From Tubiluchus corallicola (Eukaryota; Animalia; Priapulida): a stretch of 64,000 nt of DNA. The translations under genes and the position numbers were made by a program. The stretch is from assembly GCA_030141605.1 (NCBI GenBank), contig JAQGDQ010000023.1, positions 868,001 to 932,000 of the forward strand, in the 5' to 3' direction. Shown here piece after piece: positions 12,360 through 25,379 of this stretch; the first letter of the stretch is position 1; every line of letters begins with the position of its first letter. The notes under the pieces were generated by a model. It was not told the DNA's origin and searched no databases. It saw nothing but the letters and a program-made list of their open reading frames with translations.

Positions 12360-15300
12360 CTAAAAAAATCGGTATTTATTACAAGTTGATTAGGTTTAAA
12401 AATTAACAGATTAAAATGATGAATTACTATAATGGTTCTTGGAGCTTGCAACAAAAGAAAACTTTCCAGTTTGAAAGGTCAGAATTAGTTGCTGAACTAC
12501 TTTAGAACCTAAAAGCCTCAACGTGAAAGAACCGTTTTAAAAACATTTGTGGTAATGTCATCGGTGTGGTGATGTGGTGATTCAGACAGTCCTTATTCTT
12601 AGTGCTGCCAGATAAAGAGTTAAATCCAACAAATGTGCACAATTTTCTCAAAGCACTTCCTCATATAAGGAAGACTCAAATAAGAGAGAGATGCAAATAA
12701 GACTGTGAATGATAAAACTCAATAACAAATTTAATCAAACAAAAATGCCACATTATTACAGCTATATAACATGTATAGAAGTTTATAGATCCTATTATTA
12801 TTTGAATATTGAACTTTACCACTTTGGAAATGTGGAGTAGAAAGCACCTATGTGATTTTTTTTGGATTTTCTCTAGCTGTCACACACCTATATTCCATGC
12901 GGTATCAAGTGACATTAATTGGCGGTCATTGTATTTTAATAAGGACTATAGGCAGTAACTAAACATTTTTGCTCCTAAATTTTGGTAGTGTTAGCAGAAA
13001 TTTGCATTGTTCATTCTGTAAATCAATTTGTTATGTTTCCTCATAATATCAACTGCATCAATCGAGTTACCGTTCAATAAACAGCCAAGATGTTCAACCT
13101 TATTGCACCAAATCAGCAAATTTGTCTTTCCCTGTAACTCAAAACTGTATTTTGTGTTGTCAATTATTTTGCATTTGCTAGTCTAATTATACTAATTAAA
13201 CCTTGGATTTAACTACTTTGCAAAAATTTGTTCAAGGTTTTGTTAACTTTTTTCTCATTCTCATTTATGTCACATAAGTGTTAAAAGGAAGAAGTTAAGA
13301 ACTGGTACGACTTGTACGACAATAGTTGCCCAAGAGATACAGTACCTTCTTCCTCATCCTTCCCATCGTCCGAATTTTCAGAGTCCAGACCAATGTGCAA
13401 AAGTATATCCTCCGAGGTGCTGCTAGTACTTGCTGTTATGAAAAAAACATATTCCAAGATTATCAAACTTTACTTAAAACATTTACATTCAAAAATTATC
13501 AAACTTTACTTAAAACATTTATATTCCAAGGTTATCAAACTTTACTTAAAACATTTATATTCCAAGATTATCAAACTCTACGTAAAACATTTATATTCCA
13601 AGATTATCAAACTTTACTTAAAACATTTACATTCAAAAATTATCAAACTTTACTTAAAACATTTATATTCCAAGGTTATCAAACTTTACTTAAAACATTT
13701 ATATTCCAAGGTTATCAAACTTCACTTAAAACATTTATATTCCAAGGTTATCAAACTTTACTTAAAACATTTATATTCCAAGATTATCAAACTTTACTTA
13801 AAACATTTATATTTCAAGGTTATCAAACATTACTTAAAACATTTATATTCCAAGATTATCAAACTCTACGTAAAACATTTATATTCCAAGGTTATCAAAC
13901 TTCACTTAAAACATTTATATTCCAAGATTATCAAACTTTACTTAAAACGTTTATATTCCAAGATTATCACTTTACTTAAAGCATTTATATTCCAAGATTA
14001 TCAAACTTTACTTAAAGCATTTATATTCAAAGATTATCAAACTCTACATAAAACATTTATATTCTAAGATTATCAAAGTCTACGTAAAACATTTATATTC
14101 TAAGATTATCAAACTATACGTAAAACATTTATATTCCAAGGTGATCAAACTTTACTTAAAACATTTAATTCTTTAAACTTTACTTAAAACATTTATATTT
14201 AGGTTATAAACATTACTTAAAACATTTATATTCAGATTATAACTCATAAATTTATTTGGTTTCACTTCACTTAAAACATTTATATTCAGATTATCAAACT
14301 TTACTTAAAACGTTTATATTCCAAGATTATCACTTACTTAAAGCATTTATATTCCAAGATTATCAAACTTTACTTAAAGCATTTATATTCCAAGATTATC
14401 AAACTTTACTTAAAACATTTATATTCTAAGAGTATCGTACTCTACTTAAACATTTATATGATATAGCAATGCACCAGACTTTAGATGGATCGTTTTCTTG
14501 AAATTTTACATAAGATTTACATTATATGCATTTTGTTGAAATGAAACATTTATCATTCATTTTACGTACTATATTTTTACTTGCATGTCTGGAGCTACTC
14601 ACTAAAAATTAAAAGTGAAAACTGATAAACTTTCACTCATCAAACTATTTTGGCATATAATGACTACTTTCAGAGCACTATGAACTTTTTTTGGTAAATC
14701 ATTTCTGGCAGTTAGTCCTCGCATAATGATACCCAGCTTAGCGAAGTTTCGATTTACCTACGCTAATCTTTGTACATATGTATATTGCTAAGCAGTTAGC
14801 AAACTAGTAATCAATGGATTAACTACGACTAGACTCATTTATAGATACCTGCATTTGTAGCAATGGCATGTCCGACTATATCTTTTCTCACTCTTTGAAG
14901 TTGCTTCTGTTCTCTCTTTTTTTCTGCCTTTTTTAGCTGTTTTACTAGTGTATCATACTGAGGACGATATTCACTATAAACAAAAAACAGAAACACATCT
15001 ACACCTTGGTCTGCATGTCCAGCAATAATCATTTAGTGAACAAACAAATAACACTAAAATGCTTACAACTCAGAAATTGTTAGGAGTGAGCAAGCAAATT
15101 TTGGATATCACAAAAGTAAAATGGTATAACTAGGGTGCCAAATTCGAGAATTAATTTTCTAAGTTTATTTGCTTTGCTTTCAAATGCCTTTAATGTTAGT
15201 GCAGAGCTTTAAAATGCCTTACAGCAAAGTCTGCCTGTGGTAAATACACATTACAAAATTAACTTTTGAAATAAAATTTTTAATGAAACATGTGGAAACT

Positions 15301-18300
15301 CAATTCTCCGGGAAGATTTTGTTACTGCAAGCCTTAACCAGTTTTTACTAGTTTCATTGAATAATTTTTAAGTTTGGCTTAAGTTTTAACATAGTGTATG
15401 TGTAATTGTTGAAAGGAAGACAGGATGATTTTTCATGTGCTACCCTACTTTAAAATAGTGTAACACAGAGATGGACATAATCTGTAAGACATAAGCTATG
15501 AGGAGAAAACGCCACTGTACAAAAAATGAACGTATGCTAACCAGTGGTCCTTGTTTCACAGATAATCCACTTGCCATCTTCCGTCTACCGCAGTTTCCCT
15601 GCCTTAAGACGTCAGCCACAATTCAAGGTAGGCTCCTCACAAGCCGTTTTGAGTGGTTCAAAAGACACCTTATTCCGAAATGAATTTGGCTGTTAATTTT
15701 ATTTGCCTGGAGAAGTTTTGGGTCATAGCCAATGCAGTAATTAGCATATTTGTCATTTTTACAGTGCACAATTCATTTATATCATAAGAATTCATATCAG
15801 AATGGTCTCATACACACGAAAAAGCAATTTTTAAGCACAGCATTTCAATAACACTACAATTATATATGTGCATTGCCTAAACAATATACAACAATATGCC
15901 TTAATATTTACGCAAAGTAAGGAGCATAGTGTGAATTGTGATACATGCTTTATGGAAGAAGGAAGACACCTTCTGGCTTACAGATTATGACTTGCTCCTT
16001 TTGCCTTTGTTGGTGTGACATGGGCTTAAAAAGTGCACATTTTAACACCTACAATACTGTCAAAGCTATAATAGAGGGATAATTAAATAACATATTAAAA
16101 AACTTAATTAATGGCCGAGGAACACTGTTAGTGATGACGTCATAATTGAAAATAATTTTCAGCAACACAAACAGTCCACGAGCATGTTGCACATGTTTGT
16201 TAAAGCGAAAACTGAAAAACAGTGCTACTGTACAACATTTAGTATTGCACACAAAAACTCGGCAAATTTCAAGTTTAAAACTTTAAATTCAAAGTTTACT
16301 GCTGTGTTCATCCATGAGTTCTCGAAAGTGTACACCACATCACAAATAAACATATCTGAACTCAGAGATACAGCACCTGTTTTTTACGCAACGCATTTTT
16401 GACATGCAGATGCCAGTGCCCGTTTAATAAACGAATCACGAAAAATGTATGTAACAAAGAAGAACTAGTGGCGCGAATGCAATATGAGGTTTCTGCCGTA
16501 ATAATTCTTTCACGTTAAGTCACTGTTAAAAAACCATCTGTTCCCTTTCAATATTTTACAGATTAGATTGTTTTGAGCTACAGTTTATGACTGGTCCAGT
16601 TTTCCTTTAAGTTCACAGCACTTTAATTAAATAAAACAAACAACTTGCGCATAAAATGCCAGATAGAACTACTACTTGGTTATTTTCATACAAAAATAAA
16701 TGATTCGTCGGAAGTAGAGATTTGCAGCAGATAAAGACAAAGACACTAGCAATTACACTGACTTACAAACATGGCAGAGCAGATTAAATAAAGTACAGTA
16801 AGTACTCACTTAAAGACTCCCAATTTAGACACGTTTTTGACGACGATGAACGTTTGATACAATTTTCTCAAATTTTACGTTATGTTCATTTTAACAATGA
16901 AAGTTGTACAAAGCAATTTTTTATTTTAGCAATTTTTTTACCTAATTGGAAGTGTGACTTTCTCACATGTTGGCTTTAATCACATACGAGGACTGGAACA
17001 GCATGCAGTAGTTTAACATGTTTATCGAGCTTGAACACAAGAGAATTGCCTCAATCAGCGACAACAAAGGAAAACCAACTTCTAGTAAAATTCTAGTGAC
17101 ACTCAAAAATCCCAATCTGGTAAGTCATTGTAAAGCGAAACTATTTCCATAATCACGTACAGAAATTACTGCCAAATGCTAGCCGTTTGTATCAAGCGAG
17201 ATCTATTTTTGACTTATACACCTACAGGCACCTGGAAGCAAACTTTATGCAAAGGAATTTTGTTTGCAACCTGTTGCTATAACAAACAGCATCTAAACGA
17301 AATTGTCCCAAGGCTGCCTCGAGGTTTGGCTTTTAATCTACAGTGTTTAATTGCGAAGGGCTTCAACACTAATGAATGAGAAACTGCTAGCTAGGCATTG
17401 GTAAGAAAGATAGGTGGTTTCAAGCAAGCAGGAAGATATTAATAGTAGAAATATGAATAAAACTCACTAAACATATAATTTATATCAATTAAGCAGCATT
17501 GATTTTTGCCTCTGGTATCTGGAATGTACCTCAATTCTTTTGCATTACTTTCTATGAAAGTCAGGCTCTGGAATAGGGATGTCACGATGCTCCAACAGTG
17601 AAAACCCGGAGCTTAGAAACCGAATCCAAATCGGAGCTTTGATCTGATGCCATTTGCTGATGTTCTAAGTTAACTTAGATCCGACCTGATTCAGCAAAGA
17701 CTTTTGAAAAAAAATCCAATTCATTTTCGGCTACAGAGGCGATTCAGTAGCACTTTATTATAAAAGCATTATACGCTCATTCACCTTTAAAATTTTTGGC
17801 AAAATCCTGAAATTGCTACCATTTTTGATAATTTTGCCCTACCTGAAATACATTGACGTCACCATATTCAGTTTCAGCATGTGTCCAACTCATGAAATCC
17901 TGAGCGAAAGCATACATCACATTACTATTTTAACAGCTAGTTTCAACAAAAATATTAAGATTTCTCGTATTACTTTGACAGAACACGGCTTCGCCAACAA
18001 CACACGATGTGGCTTAAATGGCCGTAGTTTTTTGTCATCCACATTACACGAACTCACGGAGCATAGGTAAAGCCACCCCAAGGAATTTTTTGACTAACAG
18101 ATCATTTTATATTGTTAGTCATTGGCACAAAAAATCTGTCACAAAGTAATTAGATCATCTATAGTTTTCATTATTGCAGAATTACTGTCAAACATGTTGC
18201 TCAGACATGTCATCTGTAATCTTTGTGAAAAACACACTGCTCTTCCCAATCTGCTATAATTTGGTTCAAAACTGCAGTTGAAAGAACAACCTAAAAAACT

Positions 18301-21300
18301 GAGATTTGAATTTGATTCGGTTTCGATAATTATTTTAAACTCAGATATGGATTCGATCCGGATTCGAAAATTATTACGAAAATGAGATTGCCGTAGATTC
18401 AGATTTGGTAATTCCAGATTCGTGACATCTCTACTCTGGAATCAGGAACGTGTCTCAATTTTTTAACATTACTTTCTATGGAAGTCAGGCTTTGTTTAGC
18501 AACTTTTCACTTAATGCCGTATTTTGCTGGAACGAATAACGTCGTTAAGTGAGGACTTACTGTACTATAATAAAAAATACACAGTGAAACTATCCTGCTC
18601 ACACCTGCTTTACTGTATTTTCTATTCTAGTGCACCATTATAATCTACTTTACCATTTTGACGTTAATTAATGTAATTGCTACAGTTTTTACCTTAGCTG
18701 CTTATGCAAAAGACTGCATAAATAATGACAAGTGACAACTTGTAGGTGCAATTGCAGCTTGAGGGAAAGTAAGAATAGTTTTGCTTTAGTGGACATATTT
18801 GAAACAGGAAAGGTCAAAGCAACAAAGCTTACTGCCATCCCTTACAGCAAGCCTAGACTAGCACTGTTTTTGTCGCTGCTTACTTTATCAGATATTCACA
18901 TGTTTGACAATCAAAGTTGGCCAAAAAACATCCGAGTAATACTATAAAGCCAAGTGCGCAGAACACTCTGCTAAGCTCGTAAGCCATGACATGGATTAGT
19001 TTCTAGAGCAGCACTGGTTTTCTATAACAACTTTATGACAGATGTTTTAGACTTACGTAATATATTCTACTGCTGCTTCATTTACTAGTTCAAAGAATTT
19101 GTCCATTCCAACTCCTGTTACTGCAGAAACTCCCACGGTCTAAAAATAAAAAAGGATTATTGTATTAGTGCCTCAGCTTCAAAGACATCAGGTACGTATA
19201 AGTGCAATTACCCATACAGTCATTTTTTATCCACAAATTTAGCAGCAGTTCAAATTTAACACTTTGATAAAAATGTTCTGATTGAGATTGTATTAAAAGG
19301 AATTATAATAAACTGTCATAATTATATAATTGTACTCATTTTTGTTACTAAAAGGCTGAATAAACAAGTTAAGATATTGTGAAATGCCCGTACAAATATA
19401 TTTTGCAGAGTCAAAGCATATTAGATTACCTTCTTCTTAACCCAAAAAAGTATTGATTCATGTTATTCTGGATTAACGTTCTCACACACAACTGTTTACA
19501 CCAAGAATTAGCATGTTAGTTTAACATAATTATGTATGAAAAACGAATAAGAAAGACCATAGAATGCAGTGTGATTTGTCCAGTGTGAATTGTTTTAGCG
19601 AATTTTTTTTTTTCAATACGTTTTGAATGTTATTTAAGTTCAGTGAAATGTCATGTGTTTGAATAGTTATGAATGTTCTGCAGTCCAAGGTGCAGTGTTT
19701 CCAGCATGTGTCACATTTCAGCAGCTAATATAGTCATTTCTGCTTCGCCGCGTTTGTCACCGCTGTCTAACAGTCTTGTTGTTGAGGGTCATTAAGTGAA
19801 AAAATGCAAAATTGTTAAAAAATATGTTTATAACAAAGATGCTGATCTAGCTCAAGTTAAAAAGCAGGACAAGCGTGCAGTCTTACATCACAGTCTTGTT
19901 GACTTAGCACACAAGGCGGATTATAATAAAACATAGTTTGAAAAAAACAGCAGATTTTATTGGGTTAAGGTATTACACAGTCCATTCCAGCAACAGAGGA
20001 TACATTAAGTGGCTGGCTTTGTTATCCATGGATTTATTAAGCCATACAAGAATGAGTTAGCTGTATGAAGTGGAAATGACTCTTGACAAGTGATATCTAG
20101 TTCTCTGACAAAAGATCACAGGACATTGTTAGCTTCATTCACAATTACATGTGGATGATGAAATAATGTTAGAAAGTTCAATATATACAGTGCCATAAAA
20201 ACCTATTGGCTGTACGAAATATTAGTGTTGAGTCATTCTTATTAGCTATTAATTTTGTTTCAGTTTTCTGTTCTGTCTACATGACTGGTGATGGCTTGTA
20301 AGTCGAAGAGAATAGAATAGAAATTTATTTTTTACATAGATGTACATCAAAATTGTATATAATACAATGTTTCCATTTATGGTCATGCATGGTTAGCACA
20401 TTAAATAGATAATTTCAAATAAGTAAAATTAAACAAATAAAAATTTCACATAATAGTACGCATTTAAATTAAAGGCCTAAGCATACCAAACAGAAACATC
20501 GTGAATTAAAATGAAGCCACAATTTTTTGTTGTAATCTCTGCTAGATTGTGTTTTCCAGCTATAGATCAGTTACATGAATTCACGAAAAATAAGAATATA
20601 AAACAAATGACAACAACCAAACATCAGAATTAACTAACTGCATTTTTGCAGGATAAACAAACACAATTCCTTACTTTTAAACAGTTGTAGAAATCATCAA
20701 GAACAAGACTCATTGATCTTGTGAGATTTGACACATAAGAAGTTTCTTGTTCTAAGGCTTCATGAAAAGTTTGAAAATCAGTCATCCACTCAACAGCAAA
20801 CTGATTGTCAACAATGTCAACCTGAAACAACAACAGCAAATTCAATACAATAATTATGTGTCATGGAAAATCAATATTATAGTAACACTGTAAGCTAGTT
20901 CCAAGTTTTCAAGATGAAAGCATAATATTACAAATCAGTAGCTGGTGAAACTGCTTTGCAGTTTACAAATACTGTTTGTCATTACAAAATGCATAAATTG
21001 TCTTGTAATCTAACAAGACACAAACAAATAAATCTGATATAACGCATATAAATAAAAACACACTTATAGGTCTCTTTATTTGGAGATAAACACCCAACAT
21101 TAGGTATTCTGACAGCCGCACAAGTTTCGTCATTTTGATTTTAGCTTATGTATGCACAGACAATGTAATATCAATGGAAACAACGAAATGGGTGACATGA
21201 TAGAAATTTGTTCAGGATTGTTCCAATATAACTATAGCCAGATTGTCGCATATTTAACCTCTGAAATAAACTGAATAAACTGATGTTTAATGCTGTCCAA

Positions 21301-24300
21301 CATGGATTTCGCTGTGCATAATACAAAAAAAATCTACAAAATGGAATTTAAAGGAAAGTGCACTAATTATCGATAGGAAACAGTTCAACAACCTATCAAA
21401 TTATAAGTTATATTTTAATAAGCGGTTGAACTGTTTCTCACTGATAATTAGTGCAATTTTCTTTCAAATCTAGTTTAGCAATTAATGTAATGTTTTTATT
21501 TGTATTGTAGTTGCAGATGAAGCCCTATGCAATGTGAAATATGTGTTGGACATATAGAAACACTGCTCTAAGTAAATAACAAATTACAGAGAAGTATGAT
21601 TTGTCATAAGTTTTAGTAATGCGTATTTTATAAAAAAACAATGTTTAGGAAATAATTCTGGCTACAAGCATGCATTCAGCCTAACAAGAGTAACAAAACA
21701 ACGTCATTTAGGCAAGGCCAAATACTTGCATGTTTTTTAATATACATATTCACACTTTTAAAAACTTATTATCAGAAAAGCCAGGAGTGATGTTAAAAAA
21801 TTAGATACCTTGTTCATTGCCACAATGAATGGAAGCTTGTACTTGTACATTATACTGCATGCATACAGCATGTTTGACATAAAGGTGACAGGATTAACAC
21901 TTCTAGCTGTATCCATTACATACACTATTACTGTAGGCAATGTTGAACCCTGTAATACATGATACCAATCATCACTTAAACAAACAATAAAATTAGTATA
22001 TAGTGATACATGTAAACTGTTAATTAACAAAATAGGCATTATCAAGTTAATAATAACTTCCGTGGATTATCCTCTTAGAGAAGATGATGATAATACCTAT
22101 GACTGGCATAGAATTAAATGGAGAAAACATTGTTCATTGGCTAGGATTTGAACATGGGACTTCGTACTAGTGAGGCAGATGCTCTTACCCCTCTGTATGA
22201 CAAACATTCCTTTTCAATGACTTCAATCATGTTTATACATTGCAAAAATAGTAAGATAAATGCAAAAAGTGAATGACAACTTTCCACCTGCTGCAATGTG
22301 AAATTGCTTAGTGCAGCTGCATCCACTGGTACAACTTTTCTATTAAGTAATAGAAATGAGTGGATCAGAGTTGTTTCATTGTAGTCCAGCAAGTAAGTAA
22401 GTGGGATTTGCTATAAATGAATTTAATTATACAAAGCAGCAACGAAAACACGATTTAGCAAGCATATAGAGCGCAGCTATCTTTTAACTATTATCTAAAA
22501 TTTTTGCCGAGACCTTTCAAAGCTACTGTGCGCATACTAAAACGTTTTACTGCAAAAATAATTACAAAATTAATGACTATTTCAGCGATTATTTCATTAC
22601 CACATACTGCATATTAAACTTTGCGTAAATAATTCTTAGAAACTACATCACATTCATAAACTTGCACACATTTATACGCCCTGAGCTTAAATTCCTTTGT
22701 AAACAGGCAGAAAATATATTTAACAATAAAAAAGATAAGTTTAAATATAGAACCAAGTAAAGAAAGTGCATATTTTAACAGACTAATGTCTTCCATGTAG
22801 TGCACACTCACTCTCAAATGTGCAGTAGATTGGGGTGAAAATGAATTTGTTTTCATGATTGTTTCTACTATTAAATTTGTATGAAATTAATAACATGCCA
22901 AAGTTTCAGTTATAATTTGTCCAGAAGCTGACCAAGTAAAGACTTCGATTTGTCCAGGAGTGTCCAGTAAAACATACCTGTAAAAAACATCTTAAAGTAT
23001 TGTCATACATCAGCATGCTTGAATTCTCCAAAAACAATTTAAAAATATATTAAATATACTATTAGGCATAGATATAGATATACAGACACCTTCACTTACT
23101 TTAGACTTAACACCCATTAAGCATAAAATATAATTACGAAAGATTAAAAACTAGAAACTACATATCATTGAATATTTAAATCTACACAACCACATTCTGA
23201 CAAGCTGTTAATTTATCTAATCAAATTTGCACAACTTGCATTTTCTAAGTCAGTTTAGCATTAACAAGTCAAGCAAATTAAGACCCGGACAGTTGCACCT
23301 ACAAAAATTAAATATTCTCAAGAAATGAAAATGTGAACGTGATTGTCAATGTGCGTACTTGTATTCTTTGGCTCTCTTGCTCAAGTAGCTCATAACTTGG
23401 TCAAACTTGGTCGTAAAAAGATTTAGAGATGTCACAATAGCACCATTAGGTCCCAACGAATACCTAAGATCATACTGGTTAAAGAATAAACAGTATGAAA
23501 ACTTTTCAATGCATATCATACAGATTCAAAAAATCCATATAAATATGTACTTTAATGCTGTATAGAAAAAACACATAAAAATTTTTTATAAAATAATTTA
23601 TGCCAAGTCATTAGGAAAAAAACAGTTCACTCTACGCCAGAGTGCTTTCTGAAACATGAGAATCACAGTAAAACGACATATTTCAGCCACAATAATAAAA
23701 ATAAAATTCAGTTTGCTTACAGTCCCCAAGTTGTATACTTGCATGAATAAATGCATCATTAAATGGTGTCTAAAATTTTCAAAATTTTTGCAAGACTTGA
23801 TTTCACAAGAAAGAGCATTCCAGAGACTGTGGCCACTAGACCTAAAAGAATGGTTTTGAACCATGCTAAGCTTATACACAGGTAAACGTCATTTGTCTGA
23901 TCTTAGACTGTAAGATGAATAATGTAAAGAGAGAAGTTCACAGATGTACTGAGGAGCGTCACTATGTAATTAAGTATTAAGTATTTTAAGTATCACACAA
24001 GTATTAAGATTTTAAAAATAATCCTGTATTTAGCAGGCAACCAGTGCAGATGATACAAGCCAGGCATGACATGATCAAATGGTTCTTAACTCCAAATGTA
24101 CAAAACCTGAACTACAGAAAAAGAGAACTGTAATCACGGTAGTTTAAAAGTTATTATCCGTAGACTAGTAATTTCATTTGCAAACACTAGAAATTTGGAA
24201 CGGTGCACACATTTGTCTGTCTGTTTGTTTGTTTGTTTCTGTGCAACTTAAGACTTTACACTGTACAACTGTCAAATATTATCCAATAGAGATTAGTTTC

Positions 24301-25348
24301 AATAAATTCTTTAAAGGATACTGTTTCATAACTTCTTTGTAGTTGACAGTATCTCTGATGTCAATATTGGCTGGGAAGTTCAGCTCATACACAGCAGGAT
24401 CCAAGTTGATTACATAAGGTGGAGTTTTCGTTATGTGCAGATGAGATGTGAGTCTCTAAAAATGAATTTTAACATTATAATTTTTATGACATTTTACAAG
24501 CTTGTAATGAATATTTTGGCTACTACAAGTAGCCTGCAGCAATAACTACGGAAAAGGCTGAAAATAACATACAAACTTTAAGCAATTTAACAGTATAACC
24601 AGGGGAACCATACTTTCGTTATACATGGTGCGGGCAAAGTGCGAAACCGGGTATTCTATAGAATGCTTAGACACTTTATGGAGACCAAGTAAAGTGTCTA
24701 AAATAGTCTTTCTACACTTTTCCTATGCATTACATCTATATAATGCAAAAGTTTATCTAGATAAAGTGTGTAACAGAATTAACTGCCTACCGATTTCGAA
24801 CAAAACTGTTCATTATCAAGGCATTTAAAACAAAGAAATTTACCAGAATTTAGAAACAACATCGAAATACAATTCCGTGGTTTGATAGCAAAAGGATTAC
24901 AATATAACATTATATAGATAATTTAACAATTCACCTTACAGACTACATATCTTGATTGGAAACTATGTAACACTCCACGAACAAACTAACACGCTGGTAG
25001 TATTGCCTTGCATAAAACCGGTCGGCAGTAAATTCTATTGTGATGTAATTATGCTTATTTGCCAAATATGGATAATTCAATATGTGTAATTCTTACATAT
25101 TTAATATACATTTCCTAGGCATTTTATAAAATGCTAAATAAATTTTAGTTAATTTAAAAATAAACAAATACTCAATTGTTCTGATATAATTTTTCTAGGT
25201 AATGCCATTTCATTTTACATTTCACATTTCCCATGTGTAAATCTGAATTCGACAGTTGGGATTGGTCAGCTGGATAGGTAGCACTCAAGCAGACAAATAA
25301 ACAGATAGACAGATAAATAGGTAGATGGATGGACAGACAGAGGGACGG

Positions 25349-25379
<31 letters not shown>

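Noticed and set aside
13312-14067. 251-aa and 217-aa ORFs with 12-aa repeats
   Set aside because: Translation of a 36-bp minisatellite that lacks stops in two frames; antisense within a GPN1 intron, no splice or homology support.
13442-14459. CRISPR-like array (36-bp repeats)
   Set aside because: Units are head-to-tail with no unique spacers; eukaryotic intron; no cas genes.
22135-22200. tRNA gene
   Set aside because: B-box present but acceptor and anticodon stems do not pair; better explained as a SINE head.
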